DNA of 64,000 nucleotides from Podarcis filfolensis (Eukaryota): the NCBI GenBank assembly GCA_964270895.1, contig OZ185443.1, one strand, 5' to 3'. Numbering within the stretch: position 1 is the stretch's first letter; each line of letters begins with the position of its first letter. Below, piece by piece: positions 34,801 through 47,620 of this stretch. A program made the translations under genes and the position numbers. Under the pieces are notes generated by a model that was given only the letters and a program-made list of their open reading frames with translations, did not search any database and was not told where the DNA came from.

Positions 34801-35855
34801 AAATATATATGTAGTGGATGTGTTTTGAACACTAAACCATGGTTTAGCCTTATGAAAATGAGACTTGGAAAGATTTGCATTCTCCTCCCCACATGTGGTT
34901 CCAATGAGATTGATACCTTTCTGTTCCGTTAACTGCAGTTTTGGATGGCTTCCAAAACAGGTCGCGCTAGTAGTTGGCACACCAGACTGCTTTAGTTGTA
35001 TCAGTGGGGTTGAAGGTGCCTAATCAGATATCTTCCCTTGAGCCGCAGACCTGTATGCTGTGCGGGAGGAGGCTAGCTACCACTAGGTTTGCTTTAGGTA
35101 AAAGATAATTGTATTTTTAAAAACAAATAAAGTAACATTTTTGCCCAGGGATTAGAAGTTGAGATGAGAACTGAGTTTCTCTCTCTTTCTCTTTTAGATT
35201 TGTGGTGGCTTTAATCCCATTTGTGTATTACCCTTCCCACAGTGATCAATTACCTATTAACAGATGGCTTGATTAACTGATTTGGCTTAGATTAATAAGC
35301 TTTGGTCAGGTCCGTTGTAAAAATGGAAGTACTAGGACTAAACATTTCTCCCAAGTTTACAGAAAAAGCAGAAAATAAAATACAGAAAGGCCAATGCAAA
35401 AACACATTTCATTTTATGGAACCATGAAACATGGCAGCTACTGCCCTTTCTGCTTTAAATAAATAAATAAATCTACTTTTGATTGAAGTGGATGCCACTT
35501 GCAAAAACAACTGGTACCAGATGGGTTCTGATGGGGATGTGATTCCATAGTGTGACTGTTACAGAGAACACTATCCACCTGTTTCACCTAGTGGTTGGTA
35601 CCACTGCTTTTCAAGTGTCTTGCACAAGGAACATTCCAGCGGGACAGTTTGTTGGGATTTTTGACTACGTGCAATTTGATGCAGTTTCCCACAGAGGCAA
35701 TCAAGGAGTTGGCTGAAGGCCAAGAAGACTGAGCAGAGGGAGTTATTATGCCTGGAGATATGGGACCTTGGATTCAACTCTCCTATTGGTCGAGGTCTCC
35801 ACATGGGCATGATGACTCATGACCTTCCTGGTTGGTTGATTGGTTGGTCAGAGTA

Positions 35856-36081
35856 CAGTGGTACCTCAGGTTACATACGCTTCAGGTTACAGACTCCCCT
35901 AACCCAGAAATAGTGCTTCAGGTTAAGAACTTTGCTTCAGGATGAGAACAGAAATCGGGCTCCGGTGGCACGGCAGCCGCAGGAGGCCCCATTAGCTAAA
36001 GTGGTGCTTCAGGTTAAGAACAATTTCAGGTTAAGTACGGACCTCCGGAACGAATTAAGTACTTAACCCGAGGTACCACTG
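35856..36081. mobile_element. Tc1/mariner-type MITE (CAGTGGTACCTC family)
   Basis: TA-CAGTGGTACCTC...GAGGTACCACTG-TA. Confidence 0.92.
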
Positions 36082-36329
36082 TATGTGTGTTTGAGAGTTC
36101 GTTTGGAGTTTGTTCTGTGAGAGAGTTCTGTGTCTGTATCCTGTATATAGTAACTTGTGAGTCTGCTGTAAATAATAAACCTATAAGTAACCAAGTTACT
36201 GGTAGCAGCGTCTTGTTCCTGCATCATCATGCCTGCAACTGACTGTTTCTGGACAGTCTGTGTATGGTTTGCTATATTCAATAGGTTCTGGCTAAGATCC
36301 TTCAACACAGCTTGTCAGCATTCTATGCA

Positions 36330-36790
36330 AATTGATGCCCCCGAGTGGCCCCCAGTTTCATCAGTTGAAATAAAAACGTTAATGGGTCAGTTAAAGCAAG
36401 GGAAAAGCCCCTTGCCCAGATGGGATAGGACCCAATGTTCTTACACTAGACCCGACTGGTCGGCTCCCTTGCTGGCCGACCTGTTCACAAGGGTAGATAC
36501 GGCTGGACTAATGCCAGAGGCATGGACAAGCGCAATCATCATTCCAATATAGAAAAAGGGAGAGCACAGATCACCATCCAGCTACAGACTGGTAAGCTTC
36601 TTCTCCATAAGTGGGGAAGCTATCTACCAAACATCTCCTGGGAAACCTTACCCAGTGGATGTTCTACTTTGCATTACCAGGCCCTGAGGAGGTGGGCTTT
36701 TGCCAGGGAAAAACTACATTGGATCACTGTGTCATACTTTCCCACCTAGTGAGCAAAGATTCTAGTGCTCCTACTGTAAAACTGTACTGC
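36330..36790 (+). mobile_element. Degenerate non-LTR retrotransposon RT fragment (clade not assigned)
   Basis: Broken frames give PEAWTSAIIIPI*KKG..PSSYRLVS..GKL..GF.QGKTTLDH, i.e. N-terminal LINE RT motifs. Confidence 0.7.
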
Positions 36791-36922
36791 AATAAAATGC
36801 ATTCACATTCCTTCAGGCAGGTTGAATAAATAGTGGACCATTTTTAAGTCTAGTAATTTTTTTATGCTTGAGTGATCAATGTATTTTCAATGAACAAAAC
36901 GATCAATACACAATGCAGAAGC

Positions 36923-36924
<2 letters not shown>

Positions 36925-36968
<44 letters not shown>
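36925..36968. repeat. (AC)22 microsatellite
   Basis: Direct reading. Confidence 0.95.
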
Positions 36969-36971
<3 letters not shown>

Positions 36972-37386
36972 ACCTACATAAGTGGGAAAGGATTGCCTGC
37001 AACCTAGTTTTATCTGTCACTCAAATTCAGGTATTGTATTAAGGTCTTCACTCATTTTGAGTGAAAATTTCCTGCCGTATCCTCATGTTAGTTTGCATAA
37101 GCTTAGTGTGTATCAGTCTTTCTGCCTGTGGAGGCACAGCGTATAAAAGCTCTGTGCAGGTATTCATAGAAGTGTTCAAAAATCCGATTGTGGTCATCCT
37201 CAAACAGACCTATTGATTTTAATGGATCTGCTTTGAATATGATTTAACTGAATGTCACACATACAAATAAATGTGAGGATGGGAAATGGGATCTTGCCCA
37301 TTCACTCCGCCTTTCAACCACCATATGTTCTGTGTTGTGTTTGCACAGATGCCTGTGCATATACACCCATTCCTGTCCCCACCCGG

Positions 37387-37558
37387 AGGGATGTAGTTCA
37401 GTGGTAGAGTTCAATTCCTTACACTACCTTGTTAAAGTGATCAGACTGTAGGGATGTGAAATATTTCTTCCTGAGAGCTGTTGCCTGCCAGAGTAGACAG
37501 TACTGGTGTGGCTGGAGAGAGAGACTATCCTTGCGTAAGGCAGCTCCTTATATTCTTG
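37387..37558 (+). mobile_element. Degenerate tRNA-derived SINE
   Basis: tRNA-like head GGGATGTAGTTCAGTGGTAGAG, followed by GAGAGCTGTTGCC..GTAGACAGTACTG..TAAGGCAGCT, recalled as a squamate SINE body. Confidence 0.5.
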
Positions 37559-37765
37559 AACCTGCTGTTTTTGCAAGCTACAGCTTCTGACGCCTGAGCA
37601 AAGAATACCTTAGAGGTCAGGGTGGGGCCAGTAGACATGATCCTGGACTCCTCCCTCCACACATTTGTATGTTCATTTGTGTAATTCATTAAAGTCTCCA
37701 CAAAGCTAGTTTTGGTAATCTTTATGATGACACTGTAGCCTAGTGCTCTTTGTTTTTTCCGTGTA

Positions 37766-37988
37766 CAGTGGTACCTTGGGTTACAGATGCTTCAGGTTAC
37801 AGACGCTTCAGGTTACAGACTCCGCTAACCCAGAAATAGTACCTCGGCTTAAGAACTTTGCTTCAGGATAAGAACAGAAATCGTGCGGCGGTGGTGGTGC
37901 GGCTAAAGTGGTCCCTCAGGTTAAGAACAGTTTCAGGTTAAGAGCAGACCTCCAGAATGAATTAAGTTCTTAACCTGAGGTACCACTG
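37766..37988. mobile_element. Tc1/mariner-type MITE (CAGTGGTACCTC family)
   Basis: TIRs with TA TSD. Confidence 0.9.
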
Positions 37989-39677
37989 TATAGCAGATTG
38001 AGATAGTAGCGAAGGCTTTCTGGAGCTATCCAGAGAACTTGGGGCATGCCAGCTTATTCTTTTAATCACTATAAATGCCATACCACTTGAAAAGGCGTAC
38101 TCCTCAACTGTCTCAGGGAAACAGGAACATCCTGGTTTTTGGCATGAGAGCACAGCACCCATTTTGTGTGTGACCCAGTTTTAAGGTCATTTGTTCCTTG
38201 CTTTCTCCTTTCTTACCTTTACATTGCCAGGTTTTGTAATTGGGAACACTGGTTCTCATCCACACCTAATTCTTGTTATGTTGTGTCATACCAGGAGCTG
38301 GTCATTGGTCATCAAGGGGAGTTGCAAAACAAGCAGAGTAGAATATCTGCTAGCTTCAATAAGCTTTTAAAATCTTATACAGAGCATCCAGTTTACTCAG
38401 AACAGTGAAATTGCATGCAGAATTAAGTGAGGAACATTTATTTCTCTGAAGCATGACATCAGTATCAGTGCTGCGTTTGCTTTTAGATAGAGAGAAGAAG
38501 AGGGGAAGCAATTGTGGAACTGTTGCCAAAGGCATTACTGTGTTGTTGCTGTGTGTAAGTTCAATTACTGAAGTGAGATTTGAATAAATGAAATGTTGCC
38601 TTAGAGGGAGGAAAACTATACAGTGTCGTAGTCCTGTGTGTTATGCCTTATGTGTTAAGTGCTGGTAGGGAACTGACAGTATGCTCCCTCTAATGCCAAG
38701 TTTCTGAGCCGTGATATTCTGTGCGAATTAAACTTGGCATTTCATCTTCTGCAGTTTACTTTGTTCATGCCAGATCTAGTCACTCTTCTCTTGTGCCTTC
38801 AGCACCGTTTTCAGTGTTCATGCCTTCTGTTTGGTTTCTCAAGTGTTTTTCTCTCCACATGAATTCATATTTCAGCATTAAAGGATAGGCGATCAAAGCC
38901 TTTTAATTGGAAGAGCCGTGGGGCTGATTGACATAGCTATGGTATCACTTGAAGATGGTAAGGCTTTTGTGCGATAGTCCTTGCATTGTCAATTCCCCTC
39001 CCCCCCATATTGTAGTTGGTTATCATGTCGTAAACCTGATTGTGTGATATGACCTTTACGGTTTTTCTCTTCAACCTCTAAAATAATTTATTTGGTCTTA
39101 GAACCTCTTCTTCAGCCTCTTTTCTGCATATTATCAGTTCTCTTTTCTTAATACAGTATTAAGATCGCCTATTTAAATTAGATTATAATTCTGTTGCCAT
39201 AGCTTTACTTTTATGATTTTTGTTCTCTTCTCAGTTTTTAATTATTTTATATTTTGTTCTGTTTATATTTATATTGCAAGCATTTTGATGACAGGGCCCA
39301 ACTTTCTAGCTACGTTGGGAAGGATTCTTATTGGTAATAAAAGTGAACTTTAATATACATTTTTCCTATGCCTTCTGCATAGTGCACACACAAACTGGCA
39401 TAGTAAAGCATTTGTGAACAAATTTCACAGTTTCACAGTTACCTGATTTAGACCACTACAAGCAAGAATTGAGCTGCACCTTTTTTTTTGTTCCCTCCTT
39501 CTTACGTACTGTACTTCTAATTCCCAAACTTTATAAACCAGAATGTTCCAACCCTTAAAATTTGTGGTGTTCTGACATTGCATGTTTTTAAAGAGATGTT
39601 GAGCAGTGTTGGTATAAGTGTTTCTGAGCAAACAATTTTGCTGGGGTGTTTCAAGTTACAAAATTATTAAAGGTCCT

Positions 39678-40036
39678 AAAGGTAAATGGACCCCGATAAA
39701 AATTGCGGACGACTCCAGTTGCAGACGACTCTGGGGTTGCAGCACTCATCTCGCTCTATAGGTCGAGGGAGCCGGCGTTTGTCCGCAGACAGCTTCCAGG
39801 TCATGTGGCCAGCATGACTTAGCCACTTCTGGTGAACCAGAGCAGCACACGGAAACTCCATTTATCTTCCTGCCAGAGCAGTACCTATTTATCTACTTGC
39901 ACTTTGATGTGCTTTCGAACTGCTAGGTTGGCAGGAGCTGGGACCGAGCAACGGCAGCTCACCCCGTCGTGGGGATTCGAACCGCCGACTTTCTGATCGG
40001 CAAGTCTTAGGCTCTGTGGTTTAGACCACAGCACCA
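39678..40036 (-). mobile_element. Sauria SINE
   Basis: Reverse-complement head, core and ACCTTT tail. Confidence 0.9.
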
Positions 40037-40633
40037 GTTCTAAGTTTGCATTAAATGGCAGTTTGGAGGAGGGAAGGATTCTGTGTGTTTCTGAAATTCA
40101 CATGCTAGCCAGAAATTTTAGGATTCAATTCTAAAGCGATACATATAATACTTAAGAGAATAAAAATACAATATGAGACAAACACCAAAGGCTGATTCAC
40201 ATTTCAACAGCTTGTTTTCTCCAAGCAATCCTCCTTCCATGCGGGATTACACTGAGAAACATCAGAGTGAGTTGGGCGGAATGTGGATGCAACCTAAAAT
40301 ACAAAGCAGCCATTTGTTTGCATTTCCCCCCACAGTTTATGATTGTGCAAACGATCACCCAGATTCTGTATACAGGATGAATTGTTTGGTGAAAACAAGC
40401 AACAGCTTTATCGTGCATGAACTGTCCATGTGTTATAAGCTAGTTGAATTGAGCAGAAGCAGAAATGGGAAGTTGTATATAGGTTTTTGGTGTTTGTTCT
40501 TACAGACACCATGTTTTCTTTTCATTTGCACCTCTTCATTTTAGGATACCCCACCCAACTCCTGTATAATGGAGGAAACTGAAGAAGGAACATCCTACTT
40601 GAGTGTAAGCTGGGGAGATATCAAAAGTATACA

Positions 40634-41129
40634 CAGTTCTTTTTTGGGGGGGGTACTAAAGGGTACAAGGGACGTGGGTGACACTGTGGGTTAAATCACA
40701 GAGCCTAGGACTTGCCGATCAGAAGGTCGGCGGTTCAAATCCCCGCGACGGGGTGAGCTTCCGTTGCTTGGTCCCTGCTTCTGCCAACCTAGCAGTTCGA
40801 AAGCACATCAAAGTGCAAGTAGATAAATAGGTACTGCTCTGGCGGGAAGGTAAACGGCGTTTCCATGCTCTGCTCTGGTTCTCCAGAAGTGGCTTAGTCA
40901 TGCTGGCCACATGACTCGGAAGCTGTACGCCGGCTCCCTCAGCCAATAAAGCGAGGTGAGCGCCACAACCCCAGAGTCGATCACGACTGGACCTAATGGT
41001 CAGGGGTCCCTTTACCTTTAAAGGGTACAAAGTACTAGCACCTCATCCCAATATTTTAAAAGTGTGGTACAACTTCATGGTGAGTTCCGACACCTTTCCC
41101 CCCTCTAAAAATAAATTTAAAAAGCACTG
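40634..41129. mobile_element. hAT MITE (CAGTGCTTTTTT family) split by a Sauria SINE
   Basis: CAGTTCTTTTTT at 40634 and AAAAAGCACTG ending at 41129. TSD-like AGTATACA/AGTATATG. Confidence 0.7.
40669..41018 (+). mobile_element. Sauria SINE nested in a hAT MITE
   Basis: 12-bp TSD TAAAGGGTACAA (40657-40668 and 41019-41030). Confidence 0.94.
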
Positions 41130-42479
41130 AGTATATGTGTGCCTAAAAGTCCAATGTTCCATTCAAAAAACTAAAACAAATTTCAGGAATGCAATAGGCC
41201 TAAACCATGTAGTTGCTAATAATTTGAATTTTCATGCTTAAGTAAGGAAAGAATTGTAAAGCCCAAATTCTCATGCTCATGCTGCTGTATCCTATTTGGA
41301 CAGTTTTCATTGCAGCTTGCTGACATTTGGATAACACAGGCTTTTGTAAAGACTTTTAAAATGTGTGATCTGTAGAATGTTTTAGTAATCCAGTGGCTAA
41401 TGTTTTGTATGGAAGATGGAAAATAAGCAGTGCTTCAATCACGAAAATGCCAGCTAATTTCACCAAGTGTGAACTGTAAAAAGATGTATGGGACTGATGC
41501 TACTGCCTGGAAGAGAAATATATAAATAACTATTTACTCTAATGTTTTATGCATAATTGATACTGTGAAATAAAGCCTAGTTGGTATTTGAACACAGGGG
41601 AATTTCTTAATACACAGTGCTATGAAGGGAAAAATGGAATAATGACTTGATGTTGATGAGTGTCTGCTGTTACTGGTCCAGAGGGAGTTATGATAATGGC
41701 AGCAACCCAAGCTCTATGCTACAATCACAGTGAAGGGAGAGAACTTAAGAGGTTTTGTATTTGTCATTCTTAGCTTTCTAGAAAAAAATATTTTTAGAGG
41801 TGAACTGGAATGCTGCTGAATAAGGCAAAAATCCTACTGAAATATTCAAAGGATATTCACAGTGGCCACAAACCATTTTAAATAATATTGAACTTGCAAA
41901 TTGATTTCAGTCTGTTGAAGCGACCAAATAGGTATCAATTTCAGAAGCAGCAGTGCTAGGGCCATAAATTTAGTGCGTTGGCTCTTTGATTAACACCTGC
42001 TTAGACAAAAACAGCAGCCTATAAATTTTGAAATTGCTGGCTGAGATGAGAACAATGGTGACGCACATTTCAATATTGCATTTGCTAATTGTGCTTCACA
42101 TTAACATAGATTTTTGTTGTTCTAAGCTGTTCTACGGTAGAAGGTGTATGTGGTTTTAGGTCTTGTAAGACATGATCAGGGAAAGTAACAAGTGAAAAAT
42201 GATGAAAGAAACTGAAGACTATCAGAAACATGGCTAGGGTGCCTTAAAGTCAGTTATGCACTATTGAATGTCAGTATAATCCTCAATCATCCTATAACTT
42301 GAATGAAAATCTTGATCTGACTGCCACAGAGTTTAGGGAATGAGGCAATTGAAAATCACTTCTTTCTTGAAACTGTGGTCGTCTTTTAGCTTTTCAGTTC
42401 TATGGTTGAATTCAATACTAAACTATAGTTTAGTGTTACAATAATAAGATTTAGTGAGCTTTGTATCACAAAAGTTACT

Positions 42480-43470
42480 TTCTCATTTCTGGTCTGTCAC
42501 ATTTTTGCCCCAACCTGTATCACTTTACACTTATTTACATGGAATTACATTTGACATTTTACTGCCCATTGACTCAGTTTGGAGCGTTGCATTTTGGAGT
42601 GTTTTGCAGTCTCTTTGTTTTTAACATCTCTGAACAATTTAGTATCAGCAGCCAGCTTGACCTCCTCACTCCTAATGCTAGATCGTTTATAAACAAGTTT
42701 AAAAGCATAGGTCCCAGTAATGATCTTTGAGGGACTCCACTTTCTAGTTTGTTCCATTTGGAGCGCTGTCCATTCATTCCTACTCTACTTAACCAATTAC
42801 TCATCCACAAGAAGACCTCTCCTTTTATTCCTTGACTGCTAAGCTTACTCAGGAGTCTTTGGTGAGCTACTTTATCAAAAGCTTTTTGAAAGTCCAAATA
42901 TGTTGCATCAATTAGATTATATATATATATATATATATATATATACTTCTGACACTCTCAAATAATTCTAATAGGTTTGTGAGAAAGGACTTTCCTTATC
43001 AGAAGCTATGCTGACTTCTGCTTGTTTTATGTGCTTGGTTATTTCATATTTAATAATACTTTCCACCAATTTTCCAAGGACGGACATTAAGCCAACCGGC
43101 CTGCCATTTACAGGATCTCCCCTGGATCCCTTTTTGAAAATTGGTGAAACGTTGGCTCCATTCCAGTCCTGAGGTGTGGAGGCTGATCCAAGGGGAAAGT
43201 TACAAATTTCTGTTAGAATAGCAAGAGATTTCACATTTAATCCTAGGGTGGATGCTATCTGGGCCTGGCAGTTTCTCAGGGTTTTTCTTCTTCTTCTTTA
43301 GTCTCTATTAGTCCTAGAACTTTATCTTTCTCTACCGCTATCAGCCTTAGCTCCCCATTTTTCCTGCAAAGGTTAGTTCAGGCACTGCGATCTACCCTAT
43401 GTCTTCCATCATGAAAGATAGATGCAAATAATTCATCCAGCTTCTCCACAGTCTCCTTATCACCCTTTAG
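42480..43470 (-). mobile_element. Degenerate CR1 LINE ORF2 fragment, interrupted by (TA)n
   Basis: ANVSPIFKKGSRGDP..RPVGLMSVLGKLVESI and DFQKAFDKVAHQRLL..SGVPQRSLLGPMLLNLFINDL in broken frames. Confidence 0.88.
42918..42945. repeat. (TA)14 microsatellite within the CR1 remnant
   Basis: Direct reading. Confidence 0.95.
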
Positions 43471-43557
43471 CACTCATTTGACTGCCAGTGAAGAGGAGTG
43501 CCACTGTCTGGGACAGGCCTGGCATGTGGCAGAAGCCCGATCTCTGTGCAAGTGATC

Positions 43558-43744
43558 CATAGCTGTCAACTTTCAGATTTGAAAATAAGGGATCAGCAGC
43601 CTAGAAAATAAGGGATCAGCAACCTCACCTGTCCCGGGAGAGTCTACGGGATATCTAACAATCCGGGATAGTAGCAGGAAGCAGCGGGAAACGGCGCTGG
43701 AACAAGGGAATTTCCTGCAAAAAAAGGGAATGTTGACAGCTGTG
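43558..43744. mobile_element. hAT MITE (CATAGCTGTCAAC TIR family)
   Basis: CATAGCTGTCAAC/GTTGACAGCTGTG TIRs, TSD AAGTGATC/AAGTGGTC, and internal duplication GAAAATAAGGGATCAGCA x2. Confidence 0.82.
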
Positions 43745-44064
43745 AAGTGGTCAATAAGCTGCCAATAGTGGAAAGCTCCAGAATGGGGCATCTGGGGATT
43801 GGGGTTGGGGTCAGGGCGCCAGAATATTCCCTGAGGAGCAAAATCCATGGGTCCCTCTGATGCACCAGCCTAGAGCTGCCTCTACAAAATCCTTCTTTGG
43901 GTTCCTCTGGAAGGCTGCAATCCAACAGACACTTTCCTGACAGTAGGTCCTATTGAGTTTTCTTCTGAGTAGACATGGTTAATGTTGATAATAGTATACG
44001 GTATGAAGAGGCAGCAGGAGAATTTCACTTAGACAACACAGGCACAACAAAGCATATCCAGGTG

Positions 44065-44362
44065 GGTATGCAGGTGGCGCTGTGGTCTAAACCACTGAAC
44101 CTCTTGGGCTTGCCGATCGGAAGGTCGGCAGTTTGAATCCCCACGACGGGGTGAGCTCCCGTCACTCTGTCCCAGCTCCTGCCAACCTAGCAGTTCGAAA
44201 GCACGCCAGTGCAAGTAGATAAATAGGTACTGCTGCGGCAGGAAGGGAAATGGTGTTTCCGTGCGCTCTGGCTTCCATCACAGTGTTCTGTTGTGCCAGA
44301 AGCAGTTTAGTCCTGCTGACCACATGACCCGGAAAGCTGTGGCCAGGGGTCCTTTACCTTTT
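44065..44362 (+). mobile_element. Sauria SINE with internal 3' deletion
   Basis: Head and core intact and about 60 bp missing before the tail. TSD-like TATCCAGGTG/TACCCAGGTG. Confidence 0.88.
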
Positions 44363-44563
44363 TACCCAGGTGTCAGAGAACTCAGTGCCTCCACTGTACC
44401 TTTGCCAAGTCTTTTTATGGAAAATGAGTGCTTTATGTCGACATGACATTGTAGAGGACTGGAGGAGGTAAAATAGTTTCCAGAATACATACTGATTCTC
44501 TTTGTTTTACTACAATATTGATGGTTCTTTCTGTTTTTGTTTTAATTGCCTGCTCCTCAGAAA

Positions 44564-46931
44564 CTGGTGTTTACCTCTATGGATGTTGGTGATCTGACAC
44601 TAAGTAAAAGCGAAACAAAAGAAGTGCCATGGTCAGATCACTTCCTGGTGCAACTGGACTTCTCCGTGACCCTTCCCCTCTGCAGGGAGGTGGGACCAAT
44701 TCAGATGGTCGGCCCCCGCCACTTAATGGATCCAAATGGTTTCCAGAGAGTGGTAGGGGATGTTTTATCCCATGTTGATGGCCTTTCAGCTGATTCCCTG
44801 GTGGCCCGCTGGAATGTGGAGTTAACCAGGGCGATTAACTGTTTGGCTCCGAAGCGCCCTCTCCGATTGCATGGAGTCCGAACAGCCCCGTGGTTTTCCA
44901 CGGATCTGAGGGCAATGAAACAATCGTTGAGACGGCTAGAGCGCTGGTGGCGGATGACCCATTCTGAAGCTGACCGGACACGGGTTAGAGCTCAATGTCG
45001 AGCCTACCAAGTGGCGGTAGCGACGGCGAAGAAGACTTTCTTCACCGCCTCTATTGCATCTGCAGAAAACAGCAGCATGAGACTTTTTCAGGTGGTTCGC
45101 AATCTAGCGGAACCACCTGCTACATCGGGGTCCAGTACGGGCCACATGATCTCCTGCAATGATTTTGCAAAGTTTTTTGCAGATAAAGTCGCTCAGATTC
45201 GGGAAGAGGTAGATGCCACCGTGGGAGCAGGGCCGAGGCGAGCCAGAGTCCTGTCTAGTCAAATTGCGTGGGATCAGTTCCAATCTGTTACCTCCGAGGA
45301 TGTGGACAGGCTGCTTGGACGAGTGAAACCAACCACCTGTCTCCTTGATCCTTGCCCATCCTGGCTCATAAAAGCTAGCCGGGAAGGGCTGGGCAATGGG
45401 CTTCGTGGAGTGGTGAATGCTTCCCTCCGTGAGGGAGCCTTCCCAGACCCGCTGAAAGAGGCGGTTATTAAACCGCTTCTTAAAAAACCATCTTTAGATG
45501 CGGCCACAATGGCCAGCTATCGCCCAGTCTCAAATCTTCCATTCTTGGGCAAGGTGATTGAGCGAGTGGTTGCTGAACAATTCCAGGCACGCCTGGAAGA
45601 AGCGGACCATTTGGATCCCTTCCAGTCAGGATTCAGGCCTCATCATGGGACTGAAACTGCCTTGGTTGCACTGGTTGATGATCTCCGGCGGGCTAGGGAC
45701 AAAGGTGAGAGCTGTTTCCTAGTTCTGCTGGATCTCTCAGTGGCATTTGATACCATCGACCATAACATCCTTCTGGACCGTCTTGAGGGGCTGGGAGCTG
45801 GGGGCACTGTCATACAGTGGTTCTGCTCCTTTCTCCTGGGCCGTGTTCAGAAAGTGGTGGGGGGGGGATGAGTGTTCAGACCCCTGGGCTCTCACTTGTG
45901 GGGTGCCTCAGGGTTCTGTCCTCTCCCCCATGCTTTTCAACATCTATATGCAGCCGCTGGGAGAGATCATCAGGGGGTTTGGGCTGGGTGTTCATCAGTA
46001 TGCGGATGATACCCAGCTCTACCTCTCTTTCAAATCAGAACCAGTGAAGACGGTGAAGGTCCTGTGTGAGTGCCTGGAGGCGGTTGGAGGTTGGATGGCA
46101 GCTAACAGATTGAGGTTGAATCCTGACAAGACAGAAGTACTGTTCTTGGGGGACAGGAGGCGGGCAGGTGTGGAGGATTCCCTGGTCCTGAATGGGGTAA
46201 CTGTGCCCCTGAAGGACCAGGTGCGCAGCCTGGGAGTCATTTTGGACTCGCAGCTGTCCATGGAGGCACAGGTTAAATCTGTGTCCAGGGCAGCTGTTTA
46301 CCAGCTCCATCTGGTACGCAGGCTGAGACCCTATCTGCCTGCGGACTGTCTTGCCAGAGTGGTGCATGCTCTGGTTATCTCCCGCTTGGATTACTGCAAT
46401 GCGCTCTACGTGGGGCTACCTTTGAAGGTGACCCGGAAACTACAACTAATCCAGAACGCGGCAGCTAGACTGGTGACTGGGACCGGCCGCCGAGACCACA
46501 TAACACCGGTCTTAAAAAACCTACATTGGCTCCCAGTACGTTTCCGAGCACAATTCAAAGTGTTGGTGCTGACCTTTAAAGCCCTAAATGGCCTCGGCCC
46601 AGTATACCTAAAGAAGCGTCTCCACCCCCATCGTTCTGCCCGGACACTGAGATCCAGCGCTGAGGGCCTTCTGGCGGTTCCCTCACTGCGAGAAGCCAAG
46701 TTACAGGGAACCAGGCAGAGGGCATTCTCGGTAGTGGCGCCCTCCCTGTGGAACGCCCTCCCACCAGATGTCAAAGAGAACAACAACTATCAGACTTTTA
46801 GAAGACATCTGAAGGCAGCCCTATTTAGAGAAGCTTTTAATGTTTGATGTATTAGAGGATTTTAATATTTTTTGGAAGCCGCCCAGAGTGGCTGGGGAAG
46901 CCCAGCCAGATGGGCGGGGTACAAATAATAA

Positions 46932-46970
<39 letters not shown>
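44564..46970 (+). mobile_element. Young 5'-truncated L2-clade LINE (ORF2 from the end of the endonuclease through RT) with (ATT)n tail
   Basis: Two overlapping stop-free ORFs (441 and 366 aa) with PWSDHFLV, SYRPVSNLPFLGKVIE, DLSVAFDTIDH, GVPQGSVLSP and QYADDTQLY. One frameshift at the G9 run 45859-45867. (ATT)n tail at about 46932-46970. Short AACTGG duplication at both ends. Confidence 0.93.
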
Positions 46971-46974
<4 letters not shown>

Positions 46975-47289
46975 GGCAAAATGAAATAGGTGCTTGAAAC
47001 CCTACAGTATAGAAGCTTGCAGCTCTGTTTGTAACAAGATAAAATTAAAATGTAAATTCAGTTTGTAGTAATTGTCTGAATAAACTGAACCTTTAATATA
47101 TGAAATGTTAAAATTGTATTATAATTTTTTTATGACAAAGCAAGTTATACACAATAAGCTATTTTGTTCCTAAGGCAACACAGTGACTTTCAATCTGTAA
47201 AAGGCACTAAATAAAATAAATATTGCTTATTTTTCAGTCTTCCCAAAAATATTTTGGTTTAGCGTTATATTTGAAGCAGGCCATTGTGA

Positions 47290-47419
47290 ACAGTTCGGAA
47301 GTGATATTCTCATTCCTGAATTCTCCTTCAGAACCTGAACATCCAATGCGGCTTCTGGATGTTTTAGAAGTCGAATGGACTTCTAGAATGGATTCTGTTC
47401 GACTTCCGAGGTACCACTG
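47290..47419. mobile_element. One-ended fragment of a related mariner/Tigger-like MITE
   Basis: Ends GGATTCTGTTCGACTTCCGAGGTACCACTG-TA. Left boundary approximate. Confidence 0.6.
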
Positions 47420-47454
47420 TACTTTAGTGTTATAGCCTAAAGAGAATAAAGATA

Positions 47455-47620
47455 CCGTATTTTTCTGTGTATAAGACTGTTCCCCTCCCCTACAAAATAA
47501 TGTCAAAAATTAGGGGGCATCTTATACACGGGGCCATCTCCCCCCATTTTCTTAAATCCGAGTCCCCCAAAATAGGGGCGTCTTATACATGGGGGGCGTC
47601 TTATAGACGGAAGAATACGG
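47455..47620. mobile_element. Tc1/mariner-superfamily MITE (CCGTATTTTTC TIR family)
   Basis: 23-bp TIRs (CCGTATTTTTCTGTGTATAAGAC vs CCGTATTCTTCCGTCTATAAGAC) with TA flanks. Confidence 0.85.

Noticed and set aside
37387-37420. tRNA gene
   Set aside because: Only the 5' tRNA-like head is present, with no cloverleaf. It is a SINE head, as are the A/B boxes in the Sauria SINEs.
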